From: Candidatus Stammera capleta
Lineage (GTDB): Bacteria > Pseudomonadota > Gammaproteobacteria > Enterobacterales > Enterobacteriaceae
NCBI GenBank assembly: GCA_015134315.1
Contig: CP043973.1
Span: forward strand, 25,611-89,610
Reading direction: 5' to 3'
DNA: 64,000 bases
Part shown: piece by piece, positions 33,482 to 46,001 of the stretch
Layout of the letters: each line of letters begins with the position of its first letter
How positions within the stretch are numbered: the stretch's first letter is position 1
Translations under genes and position numbers: made by a program
Notes under the pieces: model-generated
The model's input: the letters and a program-made list of their open reading frames with translations, nothing else
Told to the model about the DNA's origin: nothing
Databases searched by the model: none

Positions 33482-34381
33482 TTATTTATTTTTTATATTA
33501 TTAATATTATAATGTATTATTTTATTATTTTTTATTGCTATACATGTACCTGTTATGTTATTTTTAATTAATTTTATTGCATAATATCCCATTCTAAATG
33601 CTAGAATTCTATCAAAAGCTGTAGGTTTAGGACTTCTTTGTATATAACCAATGGATGAGAATCTTGTTTCTATATTAGTTCTTTTTTCTATTTCTATTGA
33701 TAATTTTTTAATATTTGTAATATTTTCAGTTATTATAATTATAGAATATTTTTGTTTATTTTTTTTTATTTTCTTTATTAAAGAATCTATATTAAATTTA
33801 TTTTTAGAAGTTACAATATAACAATTTTCACATGAAATACAAGAATATAAAGCTAAATCACCACATTTTCTTCCCATAACTTCTAAAATTAATATTCTTT
33901 TATGTGATAATAATGTATATTTTATATTATCAATATATTGAACAATTACTTCTAGTGCACTAGAAAAACCTATAGTATAATCTGTTCCATAAATATCATT
34001 ATCTATTGTACCGGGTATAGTTATGCATGGTAAACCTATATTATGTAATTTTAAAGCTCCTTTATATGATCCTTCTCCTCCTATTACTATTAATATGTTG
34101 ATTTTTTTTTTAATATTTTCTATAATTTTTTGTTCTATTTTAATAGTTTTAAGTTTTTTAAATCTAGAAGACCTTAAAAAAGTACCACTTTTATCAATTA
34201 TATTATTTATATTTTTATATTTTAATAATTTTATTTTATTTTTAAATAATCCTTTATATCCATCAAAAATACCATAAACTTTAAATTGATTTTTAATTGA
34301 ATGTATAAATATACTTCTTATAGCAGCATTCATTCCTGGACTATCCCCGCCACTAGTTAAAATACCTATTTTTTTTATCAT
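33482..34381 (-). CDS. pfkA: ATP-dependent 6-phosphofructokinase
   Basis: [37 protein letters not shown] and [10 protein letters not shown]. Confidence 0.96.
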   Translation of the reverse strand: MIKKIGILTSGGDSPGMNAAIRSIFIHSIKNQFKVYGIFDGYKGLFKNKIKLLKYKNINNIIDKSGTFLRSSRFKKLKTIKIEQKIIENIKKKINILIVIGGEGSYKGALKLHNIGLPCITIPGTIDNDIYGTDYTIGFSSALEVIVQYIDNIKYTLLSHKRILILEVMGRKCGDLALYSCISCENCYIVTSKNKFNIDSLIKKIKKNKQKYSIIIITENITNIKKLSIEIEKRTNIETRFSSIGYIQRSPKPTAFDRILAFRMGYYAIKLIKNNITGTCIAIKNNKIIHYNINNIKNK

Positions 34382-34612
34382 CTTATTTTTTAATAAATAT
34401 TAAAATTATTATTTTAATTAATAATCATATATAGTATATAATATATTATAATATAATTTTATTAATTTATATTAATCAAATATTTGTTTAATATATATTT
34501 ATTATTATATAGTTTTATATTATTAAATTATATAAATTTTAATAATATATATTAATATATAATAAATTTTATTATTTTAATATATTTTATATTTAATATT
34601 GGTTTATTTTAA

Positions 34613-35524
34613 ATGTTAATTAAATTTTTAGGTACTAGTGCTGGTTGTCCTACTTTAAAAAGAAATGTATCAAGTATAGCGTTTATTTTAAATAATCCTA
34701 GTTATGAAATATGATTATTTGATTGTGGTGAAGCTACTCAACATCAAATTTTAAAATCTTGCATTAAGATAACGAAAATACGTAAGATTTTTATTACTCA
34801 TTTACATGCTGATCATATTTTAGGACTTATAGGTTTATTAACTACAATATCAATAAATAAATCAAATAATTTATTAGAAATTTATGGTAGTAAAGGGATA
34901 AAAAAATATATTAAATGCTCATTAAAATTTACTAATTCATATATTAACTATCCAATCAAGATATATGAAATTAAGGAAGGGGAAATTTATAATAATGGAA
35001 TTTTTAAAGTAAAATGTTTTATATTAAATCATATTATAGAAAGCTATGGATTTTATATTAAAGAATTAAATAAAAAAGGTTCTTTAAATGTAGATAAATT
35101 AATTTTAGATGGAATTTTTCCTGGTCCTATATATAAAATAATTAAAAATAATGAAAATATTATATTAGATGGTAAAAAAATTAATTGTTGTAAATATATT
35201 AAAAATATAATTAAAGGAAAAAAAATTGTTATATTTGGAGATACATCACCTATAAAATTATATAATAAAAATTTATTAAATTGTGATTTATTAATTCATG
35301 AAGCTACTTTACATCATAAATATAAAAATATTGCAAATCAAAGAGGTCATTCTACTAATATACAAGCAGCTTATATAGCTAAAAAATATTGTGTTAAAAA
35401 ATTAGTAATAACTCATTTAAGTGCTAGATATAATTATAATGATTTAAAATATATTTTAAAAAGTTGTATTAAAGTATTTCCTAATACATTTATTGCTTAT
35501 GATTTTTATAGTTTTAAAATTTAG
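34613..35524 (+). CDS. rbn: Ribonuclease BN / RNase Z
   Basis: Not in the ORF track because there is one early TGA and no later ATG. The full frame was translated by hand: MLIKFLGTSAGCPTLKRNVSSIAF...WLFDCGEATQHQIL...ITHLHADHILGL (HxHxDH)...FGDTSP...HEATL...RGHST...ITHLSARY. It is colinear with E. coli RNase BN. 303 aa, TAG stop. Confidence 0.9.
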
Positions 35525-35632
35525 TTATTAATAAAAATTTATAATATTAATGATATTTAATTATTTTTTTTATTTATAATATATATTTTTTATTATATAA
35601 TAAAATATTTATTTATTATTTATATTAAGTTT

Positions 35633-36142
35633 ATGAAAATTGGTATATTTTATGGTAGTAGTACAGGTAATACAAAAAAAATATCTTATTTAATATATAC
35701 TAAATTAGTCAAATATGTTTATTGTAAGATTTTTAATATATCTGAAATAAATTTAAGTGAATTTAATAAATTTGATATTTTAATATTAGGTACATCTACT
35801 TGATATTATGGAAGATTACAATTTGATTGATATAATTTTTTAAATTATAATAAAAATATTATTTTAAAAAAAAAAATTATATGTTTTTTTGGTTGTGGAA
35901 ATAAATTAAATTATAGTTATACTTTTTGTGATGGTTTGTATTATTTATATAAATCATATAATAAAAATAATACAATTATTGGATATTGAAATAATATATA
36001 TAAATTTAAAAATTCTAAATCTTTATTGTGTAAAAATTATTTTTTAGGTTTAGTTATAGATGATAATAATAGTTATAAAATAAATAATAAAATTATAAAT
36101 ATATGGCTATCTAATTTTTTAGTATATTTATTTAAAATATAA
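35633..36142 (+). CDS. fldA: Flavodoxin 1
   Basis: MKIGIFYGSSTGNTKKIS, ILILGTSTWYYG, FFGCGN, GLVIDDNN and the C-terminal KIINIWLSNF are colinear with E. coli FldA. Three TGA-Trp codons plus one TGG. 169 aa. Confidence 0.9.
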
Positions 36143-36193
36143 TATTATTTATATATTTTATTTATATATTTTATAATATAATTTTTTATTAAT

Positions 36194-36198
36194 GGAGG
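36194..36198 (+). promoter_or_regulatory. Shine-Dalgarno sequence (GGAGG) for pgk
   Basis: GGAGG lies 5 nt upstream of the ATG at 36204. It overlaps the alternative upstream ATG at 36192, so it favours 36204 as the start. Confidence 0.55.
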
Positions 36199-36203
36199 TA
36201 TTT

Positions 36204-37364
36204 ATGTTGTTAAATATAAAAAATTTAGATGTTTTAAATAAAAAAGTATTTATTAGATTGGATTTAAATGTTCCTATTAAAAATAATGTTATATTGTCTA
36301 AAGCTAGAATTATATCTAGTATTCCAACTATAAAATTATTAATTAATAAAGGAGCTAAATTAATTTTAGCATCTCATTTGGGTAGACCTAAAAAAGAATC
36401 ATATGATAGTAATTTATCTTTATTACCAATTTGTAAAGAATTACAAAATATTTTAAAAATTCCTATTAAATTTATTAAAAATTATTTTAATGATAATAAT
36501 TGTATAAATTTAAATAATATAAATGAAAAAATTATTATGTTGGAAAATGTAAGATTTAATAAAGGTGAATGTAAAAATTATAAATTATTATCAAAGTATT
36601 ATGCTAGTTTGTGTGATATATTTATTATGGATGCATTTGCAACATCACATCGTAAACATTCATCTACTTATGGAATATGTAAATACTGTAAAGTATTATG
36701 TTTTGGTTTATTATTTAATAAAGAAATAAAGTCTTTGTCTAAAATAATACATAAACCTAAAAGACCTATGGTATCTATAGTTGGTGGTTCTAAAATATCT
36801 ACTAAATTTAATGTTTTAAATGTTTTAGGAAATATTTCAGATTATTTAATTGTAGGTGGTGGTATTGCTAATACTTTTATATCTATTAATAATAATATTG
36901 GTAAATCTTTATATGAACCTAAATTTATAGATTTAGCTAAAAAATTAAAAAGAAAATATAGTAATATTCCATTACCTTTAGACTGTAGAGTAGGTAAAGA
37001 ATTTTCAGAATTATCTAAATCTTATGTTAAAAAATTAAATAATATTTCTGATAATGAAGAAATAATGGATTTAGGAGATTTAACTATAAATTTGTATTAT
37101 AAAATTATATTAAAAGCTAAAACAATTTTATGAAATGGTCCTCTAGGTGTGTTTGAATTTCCTAACTTTAGAAAAGGTACTAAAAAAATTTCTGAAGCTA
37201 TAATAAAAAGTAAAGCTTTTGTAGTTGCAGGAGGAGGAGATACTATATCTGCTATAGAATTATTTAATATAAAGAATAAAATTTCTTACATCTCTACTGG
37301 TGGTGGTGCTTTTTTAAAATTTATAGAAAAAAAAACTTTACCTATATTTAAATATATTAAATAA
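36204..37364 (+). CDS. pgk: Phosphoglycerate kinase
   Basis: [23 protein letters not shown] and NVRFNKGE. After a TGA it continues [17 protein letters not shown]...AGGGDT. 386 aa versus 387 in E. coli. Confidence 0.96.
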
Positions 37365-37403
37365 TATATTTAAATATTAAATTTTAATTTTTGAAATACT
37401 GTT

Positions 37404-38492
37404 ATGAAAAATTTATTAAGTTATATTAAACCTGGTGTATTATCAGGTAATATGTTGAATAAAATATTTTATTTAATAAAAAAATATAATATAGCTTTAA
37501 TAGCTATAAATTGTGTAGATACTAATACTATTAATTCTATTTTAGAATCAGCTAGAATATATAAAACTATTGTAATAATACAATTTTCATATTCTGGTTC
37601 ATGTTTTTTTATAAATAGTAATTTTAATGAACTTTCAAAACATAAATGTTCTATTATGGGATCTATATTAGCTGCAAAATATATACATGAGGCTTCATTA
37701 TTTTATCAAGTACCTGTTATATTACATACTGATCATTGTGTAAAAGAAAATTTAGATTGAATAGATAATTTATTAAAATATAATAAAGAATATTATAGTT
37801 CATTTGGTAAATCTTTATTTACATCTCATATGATTGATTTATCAAATCATAGTTTGAAAGAAAATTTAGATATTTCATGTTATTATTTGAATAAATTTTC
37901 TAAATTTAATATATCTTTAGAAATTGAACTTGGTTGTACTGGAGGCGAAGAAGATGGCGTAGATAATAGTAATATTTCTATTAGAAAATTATATACTAAT
38001 CCTAAAGATATTGTATTTGCATATAATAAATTAATTAAAGTTAATAATAATTTTTTAATAGCTGCTTCTTTTGGTAACACTCATGGTGTATATAAACCTG
38101 GAAATGTGGTTTTATGTCCTAAAATATTATTAAATGCTCAAAAACTTATTAAAAATAATTATTCAATTAAGCAAGTTAATCCTTTAAATTTTGTTTTTCA
38201 TGGTGGTTCTGGTACTAATTTTAATATTATAAGAGAATCAATTGAATATGGTGTAGTAAAAATTAATTTAGATACTGATATTCAATGAAAATATTGATTA
38301 GGAATATTAAATTATTATACAAATAATAAATATTATTTAAACACACAATTAGGAAATCCAAAAGGAGATTATAATCCTAATAAAAAATTTTATGATTCTA
38401 GAGTATGAATTAATAAAGGTCAATTAAATGTTATTAAATATTTATCAAAAATTTTTGATATGTTAAAATGTAAAAATTTAATTAATTATTAA
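37404..38492 (+). CDS. fbaA: Fructose-bisphosphate aldolase, class II
   Basis: PVILHTDHC, SHMIDLS, LEIELGCTGGEEDGVDN, AASFGNTHGVYKPGNV, FVFHGGSG and GNPKGDYNPNKKFYD. The pieces are in phase. 362 aa. Follows pgk as in E. coli. Confidence 0.96.
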
Positions 38493-38544
38493 ATTTACTA
38501 TATTAGTAAATAATATAATTATATTTATAATATAATTTATTGTT

Positions 38545-39900
38545 TTATAAACCTGCTATTTGTAAATTATATACTAAAATTGATCCAATTCTAATTTTAG
38601 AATTTTCATTTATTTCGTTGCTTATATATTTTATATTTTTAAATAATTTTATTAAATTACCTGATATAGTAATTTCATGTATAGGATATTTTATTTTACC
38701 ATTTCTTATTAAGAAACCTGATGCTCCTTTAGAAAATATACCATTATTAATATTTACTCCTTGACCTAAAAAATTATTAATAATTATTCCATTATTCATT
38801 ATATTAATTAATTTTTTTAATGTTATATTATTATTTTTATTATTTATGAAACATCAATTATGTATACCTCCAGAGTTAAAGGTATTTTTAATTTTTAATT
38901 TTTTAGATCATTTTGTATTTAATATTCATGTTTTTAAAATACCATTTTTAATAATTATATACTTTTTAGTATTTAATCCTTCATTATCAAATGGTTTTGA
39001 ACCTATTCCTTTATATAAAAAAGGATCTTCTGTTATATTAATTCATTCAGGTAATATTTTTTTATTTAATTTATTAATCATAAAAGAAGTTTTATTATAT
39101 ATATTTTTTCCTTTTATAGATTTATATAAATAATTAAATATTTGAGAACTTATTTCTTTAGTAAAAATTACTGATAATTTTTGAGTTTTAATTTTTTTAG
39201 GATTTATTTTATTAATTAATTCTATGTATGTATTTTTAGGTAAATTATATGAATGATGTATTAAATCTGATAATTTATGTTTATATATATATTTAGTATT
39301 ATATATCATAATATCGGATTTATTATAAAATATATTATTAGTTATTATATAATTTTTTGATATATAATATTTAATAAATTTTAAATTATTATATATAAAA
39401 TTATAATAAGTATATTTTTGAAATAATACACCGTCACTAAAAATATTTTTATTAAAATTTATTGTATTTAGTTCAATATTTTTACATAAATTAATTATGT
39501 TATTAGTATTTATATTATCATTAAATATTATTCCTAAATTTTTATTATATTTTTTGTTAAATATTTTTTTAGATGGTAATTTATTATAATTATCTTTTGA
39601 TGTAAAATGTATAGTTTTATTAACATATTTTATAAATTTTAATAAAGTTTCTTTTTTAAAATTATTACATATAAATTTACATTTTTTTTTATTATTATAT
39701 ATTGTTATATATATACATTGATTATTTTTAAATTCTATATTTTCTACTTTCTGATTTTTTATTTTTATATCTTTACCAATTATAGTTTTTATATTAATTT
39801 GTATTTTATAGTTTATATATGATTTTATAAATTTGAATATTTGAATAATTTTTTTATTATAATATTTTTTTATATTTTTAATTTTTGAATTTATATTCAT
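38545..39900 (-). CDS. pmbA: Metalloprotease PmbA (TldE)
   Basis: C-terminal [46 protein letters not shown]...[12 protein letters not shown] compares with E. coli [38 protein letters not shown]. N-terminal KVENIEF compares with EVENVEF. The start was chosen at the second ATG (39900) by length alignment. The track start 39966 is possible. Confidence 0.87.
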
Positions 39901-39986
39901 ATTATATTGATTTAAATTTTTATTTAAATATATAATTATATTATATATATATATATTTAAAATCAATATTTATTAATTAATTATAA

Positions 39987-39991
39987 AAGGA
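39987..39991 (+). promoter_or_regulatory. Shine-Dalgarno-like AAGGA for ppa
   Basis: AAGGA lies 5 nt upstream of the ATG at 39997. It is one of the few G-containing motifs in any spacer. Confidence 0.45.
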
Positions 39992-39996
39992 TATAT

Positions 39997-40530
39997 ATGA
40001 ATTTTAATAATATACCTTGTGGTTTAAATATACCTAATGATATTTTTACTATAATAGAAATATCTTATGGAAGTTCTTTAATAAAGTATGAAGTTAATAA
40101 AAAATATAATACTATATTAGTGGATAGATTTATAAGTACTCCTGTTTTTTATCCTTTTAATTATGGTTATATTAATAAAACTTTATCTAATGATGGTGAT
40201 TCTTTAGATGTAGTATTGATATGTAATTATAGCATTATGACAGGTGTTGTAATACATAGTCGTCCTATAGGTTTATTAAAAATGAATGATGAATCAGGAG
40301 AAGATAATAAAATTATAGCTGTTCCTAATTATAATATTACAAGTGAATTTAATGATATCCATGATATTTCTGATATATCTAAATTAATTTTAAAAAAAAT
40401 ATATTTTTTTTTTAATAATTATAAATTTTTAAATAAAAACAAATGAACTGAAATTGATAATTGATATGGTATTGATGAATCAAAAAAAATAATTAAAAAA
40501 TCATTTATAAATTATAAGAATAAAAAATAA
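39997..40530 (+). CDS. ppa: Inorganic pyrophosphatase
   Basis: IFTIIEISYGSSLIKYEVNKK, VDRF, FYPFNYGYINKTLSNDGDSLDVVLI, GLLKMNDESGEDNKIIAVP and, after a TGA, WTEIDNWYG. 177 aa. Confidence 0.95.
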
Positions 40531-40550
40531 TAATATTATTAATATTTTTT

Positions 40551-40595
40551 ATACCTTCTTATTATTATTTAAATTAATAATAATTAAGAAGGTAT
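40551..40595. terminator. Stem-loop between convergent ppa and ybhL (intrinsic terminator candidate)
   Basis: ATACCTTCTTATTATTATT / loop TAAATT / AATAATAATTAAGAAGGTAT. This gives about 19 bp with one bulge, including the only G:C pairs in the spacer. It is followed by TTTTAT on the + strand. It is the only clear hairpin I found at any gene end in the window. Confidence 0.55.
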
Positions 40596-40599
40596 TTTA

Positions 40600-41346
40600 T
40601 TAATTAATTTCTTGTTCTTTATCTTCTTCTTTAATTTTATTTAATCTTGTTCCCAATATTTTTAATATTAGAATATATATATTAATAAAATCTAAATATA
40701 ATAGTAAAGCTCCTAATATGGAGTATTTTTTTAATTGATCATTATGTTGGATAATAATATTGTTTCCAATTTCTTTAAGTTTTTGTGTGTCTCATGCAGT
40801 AATTATAGTAAAAATTATTATACTAATATATGATGTGATTCAAATAATATATGAATTTTGTAATCATATATTTATAATACTTGATATTAATATACCTACT
40901 AAACACATTAAAGATAAATTTCCTATTTTAGTAAGATCCTTTTTAGTTGTATGACCTCATATACTCATAATAGAAAACATTATACTAGTTACAAAAAAAC
41001 AAGTACATATTGATGAATATGTATATATCAAAAATATACTTGAAATAGATATTCCAGTTAATATAGAATATATTATAAATAATATAATAGCTGTTTTTGC
41101 TGTTAATTTATTAATTGAATTAGATAATATTAATACTATCATAAGTTGTAATATAAATATAATAAATACAAAAAACTTGTTTGTAAATATTAATTCTAGT
41201 ATTAAAGGTATTTTAACTGAATATCATGCTGTTAATGCTGTTAATAACAACCCAAAAGCCATTCATGCGTATACATTGCTAATATATGTAACTAATATAT
41301 TATTTTTTAATTTAAAATAGTTATTATTATAAAATTTTTTTTTCAT
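40600..41346 (-). CDS. ybhL: BAX inhibitor-1/YccA-family inner membrane protein YbhL
   Basis: The hand translation is colinear with E. coli YbhL throughout: NVYAWMAFGLLLTALTAWY, ELIFTNKFF, SILTGISISSIF, WGHTTKKDL, AWDTQKLKEIG and KKYSILGALLLYLDFINIYILILKILG. 248 aa. Confidence 0.88.
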
Positions 41347-41369
41347 TATTATATTCCATTTTAATTATA

Positions 41370-42089
41370 TTATTTAATTTTATTTAATCAATTTAATATA
41401 TTTTTTCAAGTTTTTTTAGACGTATTTTTATCGTAAGATTCGCGTTTTTTATCTAAATAACTATGTTTACAATTTTTATATATAATTAATTTAATATTTT
41501 TATTATTTATAATATTTTTAAAATTATATATATCTTTTTTAGGTATTATTTCGTCGTTTTTTGCATATATTCCTAGTACAGGTATTTTTATTTTATTTAC
41601 AAAATCAATAGGATGAATAGGATGTTTTTTATTTTTAATATTATTTATTCTTCCATATAATACAATTGATTTTTTTATTTTTTTTTTATTATAGTATGAA
41701 TATAATCATGTTATTCTACCTCCTCAACTTAATCCTATCATTGAAATATTATTTGTTTTAAATTTTTTTTTAGACCAATCTATTAAATAATTTAAATCAG
41801 ATATTATTTGTTTATCTGATAGTTTATTTATTTTACTTCTTAATATATCTATATTTTTATTAAAATCTATATTTTTAATTCTAAAAAATAATTGCGGAGA
41901 TATACTTATATAATTATGTTTGTTTAATTTTTTACATATATATCTTATATGATTATTTAATCCAAATATTTCTGATATTACTAATATAACTTTATTATTT
42001 ATATTATTTTTTTTTTTAATATAATAAATTATAGGTAAATATTTTTTGTCTTTTGTTTTAACAATATCATTTTTAATAATTATATTCAT
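41370..42089 (-). CDS. ysgA: Dienelactone-hydrolase-family protein (YsgA-like)
   Basis: An alpha/beta-hydrolase pattern: VILVISEIFGLNNHIRYICKKL, nucleophile elbow IGLSWGG, GIYAKNDEIIP and C-terminal KNCKHSY. 239 aa, joined through TGAs. Confidence 0.72.
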
Positions 42090-42141
42090 GATTTATTAAT
42101 ATATTTATTTTATTTAAATATTATATTTAATTTTATTAAAT

Positions 42142-44439
42142 TTAATTTGTTTTTTTGTTTTGTAAATTTAATATATCTTGATCTATTAAAGCATTAAATT
42201 TTTTTTTTAACATTTTTTTACATTTTGTTACAATATTATTAATTTCTATATCTTTTAAAGTTTTTTTATTACTTTGTATATTTAAATTTAATGTTATATT
42301 TTTTTTATTTATTTTATTTAATTTTTTATTTAAAAAAAAATTTATTATTTTGATATTTTTAATATTATTAATATTTTTGCATGAATCAACAATAATATTA
42401 ATTGGTATATTTTTATTTATTATTATAGTAATATCTCTTTTATTACATGGATATTTTGATAATTTTTTAATTTTATGTTTATTTGGAAATAATATTTTTT
42501 TTAAATTTATTTCTGCAATAAATATAGGGTGTTTTATTGAAAGTTTTTTTTGTAATTTACAATTAATCATTCCTAAAAAACCTATTTGTTTTTTTTTTAT
42601 ATATATATTTGCATTTTGCGTTTTATCTAAAAATTTATATTTACTCTTTTTAAGATAAAAATTTTTTATTTTATTTTGTTTTTTAAATAATAATTCTATA
42701 TCTCCTTTTATATCATAAAAATTAAAAATTTTATCTTTTTTGTTTTTTCAATTTTTTTTATATTTTAATCCATATAATACTAATGATATTTTTTTGTTTA
42801 ATATAAAATTATTATTTTTAATTTTATAACAAGTTCCTATTTCAAATAATTTAATATTATTATTTTTTCTTTTAATATTATAAATGACATTATTAATTAA
42901 TTTTGGTATTAAAGATGATCTTAATATTGACATCTTTGTAGATATAGGATTTATTATTTTAATATATTTAATATTACTAAAAAAATTTTTTTCTTCTATA
43001 ACGTTACTAAAATGAAAGTTTATTATTTCGGTGTATCCAATATTAGATAATAATTGTTTTATATTATTAATATGATATGAATATTTATTATTTTTATTTA
43101 TTTTAAATATTGTTTTTATATTTTTATATTTAATATTATTATATCCATAAAATTTTATTATTTCTTCTATAAAATCTTCTTTTATATTTAAATCATATCT
43201 AGTTTTATGTGATTTTATAAATATATTGTTATTTTTTATTTTTATTTTACAGTTAATATTTTTTAATATATTTAATATAATATTTTTACTTATATATATA
43301 CCAATTTTTTTTTTTATTTCTGAATATTTTATTTTAATAGTTTTATTATTTTTTTTATTATTTTTTATATTTTTAAATAAAATTATATTACCATTTCATA
43401 TATTTTTTATTAAAAATGATATTTTTTTAATACAATAAAATTGTATTTCTTTATTACAATTATTATTATATATAAGTAATGAGTTATAATTATTTTTATT
43501 ATAATTATTATAAATAAAATTTTTTTTAAATAATATTGATAATATTAAAATTTTTTTTGTATTTTTATTTGGTAGATATTTTTTATTATAATTATTAAAA
43601 TTTTTTAATATTATTTCTCTATTATTTTTAATTATTATATCTTTATTTGTATTATTCTTTTTTTTTATTATATCTAAAAATATTTTATAATTTTTTATTT
43701 TATTAAAATCAAATATAATTAATATATGACCAAATTCAACTGATATATAATTTATTATATCCAAAATATTATTATTAATTGTAAAACCCATATTTTCAAG
43801 TTTATTTCTAATATAGAATGGTATATTATTTTTTTTAATATTAGTATTATTTATAATTAAATATTTATAATTATTTATATATTTAAAACATTTATTTAAA
43901 AATTTTATTTTTAAATTATATATATATTTATTTTTAAATTTTATTTTTATTTTTTTTTTTTCAATTTTTTTTTTATTTAATATACATATTTCTTTTGATA
44001 TATTATATATATTATTACAATCAATTCTATTATATGGAATGTTAATTTCTAAAAATTTTTCATATTTTTTAATAGAATTTATATATTTTTTAACTATATA
44101 ATAATATTTATTATTTATATTTTGTATTTTAATATTGAAAATATTATTTTTATATATTTTATTTTTAAATATATTGTTATTTATTCATATATATTTATAA
44201 TTAATTTTTTTTTTATATTTTATTTTTAAATTTATTTTTAAGGTATTTAATTTTATATTTATTAAATATATATTTTTTTTAAATATTTTATATTTTATTA
44301 TTTTTGTTTTTATAAAATTTTGAGGAGTATATTGAATATTAGTTTCAAAACCATTATTATTTAAAATTTTTTTTATATATTTAATATTTATATTTGATTT
44401 ATTTATATATTTTTTTATTCATTGTAAATAAAATTTCAT
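42142..44439 (-). CDS. pheT: Phenylalanine--tRNA ligase beta subunit
   Basis: MKFYLQWIKKYI compares with E. coli MKFSELWLREWV. Three track ORFs are in phase. All gaps were checked codon by codon with no TAA/TAG. 765 aa. Lies 4 nt downstream of pheS. Confidence 0.93.
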
Positions 44440-44443
44440 ATTT

Positions 44444-45418
44444 TTAAAATTGATTTAATCATTTTATATTATTTTCATATAACATCTTTATATTACATAT
44501 TTTATATTTTATCATTGTTAATCTTTCTACACCAATTCCAAATGCTAATCCTGAAAATAAATTACTATTAATATTAGAATTTTTTAAAATTTTAGGGTGT
44601 ATAAGCCCACAACCTATTATTTCAATTCAATTATTTTTATGATTTTTAATATATATTTCTGCTGAAGGTTCGGTAAATGGAAAATAAGAAGTAACTATTT
44701 TTGTTTTTATTTTTTTTTCAAAAAATGTATTTAAAAAATTTTTTATTATATAAATTAAATTACAAAAATTTATATTATAATCTACTAAAAATATTTCTAT
44801 CTGATGAAACATAGGTGTGTGAGTTTTATCATAGTCTTTTCTAAAAACATTTCCTATAGATATAACTTTAATAGGTGGTTTATTTTTTTTCATATACTTT
44901 ATTTGTATACATGATGTTTGAGTAATTAATAAATTTTTTTTATTAATTCAAAATGTATCTTTATTTGATCTAGCAGGATGATTTTTATTTATATTTAATA
45001 AATCAAAATTATAATATATATTATCTATTTCTAAATTTCTTATGGTTGTAAATCCTAATTCATTAAAAAATTTTTCTATTCAATTTATAGTTATTGTTAT
45101 AGGGTGTAAATTGCCATATAAAATATACTTGTTTCCTGGTAATGATATATCTATAAATTTATTTTTTTTTTTTATTTTTTTAGCTATATATATATTTTGT
45201 TCATTTATTAATTTAATTGTTTTTTTTTTTAATATATTTATTATTTTTCCTATTTTAGGTTTTTCTTTATTAGATAATTTATTAAATAATTTTATAATGT
45301 TACTAAAATATCCTTTTTTTCCTAAAAATTTTTTATATGTTAAATTTAATATTTTTTTATTTTTTATATTTATAATTTTTTTTATTTTTATTTTAATTTT
45401 TTTAATTAAATTTAGCAT
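44444..45418 (-). CDS. pheS: Phenylalanine--tRNA ligase alpha subunit
   Basis: LGKKGYF, LHPITITINWIEKFF, NHPARS, QTSCIQI, HTPMFHQIE, YFPFTEPSAE, GCGLIHP and AFGIGVERL. 324 aa. Confidence 0.96.
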
Positions 45419-45425
45419 TTAAATA

Positions 45426-45776
45426 TTATATTTTTTTTATAGTTAATATTAATTTTTTAAATATTTCAGGGTTATTATTTATTAAATTTGATAAAATTTT
45501 TCTATTTATATTAATTGATTTTTTTTTTAATATATTGATAAAATTATTATAAGATATTCCATATTCTCTAACTTTGGCATTTATTTGAATAATTCATATT
45601 TTTCTAAAATATCTTTTTTTTTGTTTTCTATCTCTATATGAATATTGACCAGCTTTTATAAATGCTTGATTAGCTGTTTTAAAACATTTTGATCTTGCAC
45701 CATAATATCCTTTACATAATTTTAATATTTTTTTATGATATTTATGATTATTTTTACCTTTTTTTATTCTTATCAT
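45426..45776 (-). CDS. rplT: 50S ribosomal protein L20
   Basis: [62 protein letters not shown]. Tandem ATGs at 45779 and 45776; the second aligns with E. coli MARVKRG. Confidence 0.95.
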
Positions 45777-45793
45777 CATATTTTCCTAAAATT

Positions 45794-45985
45794 TTATATA
45801 TATAGTATATATTTTATTATTTTATTATTTGTTTTAATAATAGATTTTTTTTTAGCATTTCTTTTATATTTTCTGCTTTTTTTTGTTAATATATGATTTA
45901 AATTTGAATGTTTAAACTTTATTTTTCCTAATGATGTTTTTTTAATTCTTTTTTTAATTGATTTAATTGTTTTAATTTTTATCAT
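45794..45985 (-). CDS. rpmI: 50S ribosomal protein L35
   Basis: MIKIKTIKSIKKRIKKTSLGKIKFKHSNLNHILTKKS compares with E. coli [36 protein letters not shown]. Confidence 0.92.
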   Translation of the reverse strand: MIKIKTIKSIKKRIKKTSLGKIKFKHSNLNHILTKKSRKYKRNAKKKSIIKTNNKIIKYILYI

Positions 45986-46001
45986 TTATTTAATTATAGT
46001 A

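Noticed and set aside
34382-34612. A 231-bp spacer between the divergent pfkA and rbn genes, considered as a replication origin, ncRNA or regulatory island.
   Set aside because: It contains almost no G or C. I saw no DnaA-box-like (TTATCCACA) motif and no stable pairing. It is most simply a divergent promoter spacer. Nothing specific can be supported.
36192-36203. The upstream ATG (MEVFM...) given by the track as the pgk start.
   Set aside because: That ATG overlaps the GGAGG Shine-Dalgarno motif, which is correctly spaced for the ATG at 36204. The E. coli Pgk alignment also begins at the second Met.
38493-38512. An ATTTACTA/TAGTAAAT 8-bp inverted repeat between the convergent fbaA and pmbA genes, considered as a terminator.
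   Set aside because: The stem is all A:T with a 3-nt loop, so it is too weak to distinguish from background palindromes in AT-rich DNA.
45042-45422. A 126-aa + strand ORF, and many similar F/L/I-rich ORFs in the track: 7943..8167, 8813..9043, 14554..14832, 25121..25438, 25583..25861, 28780..29052, 29401..29595, 29617..29916, 32873..33166, 34023..34277, 37883..38080, 38540..38764, 38846..39133, 40760..40954, 42350..42658, 43226..43438 and 46336..46647.
   Set aside because: Each lies antisense to a confidently identified gene. Codons such as AAA, AAT and ATT read as TTT, ATT and AAT on the other strand, so stop-free antisense frames are expected. The products are pure hydrophobic low-complexity sequence with no motifs.
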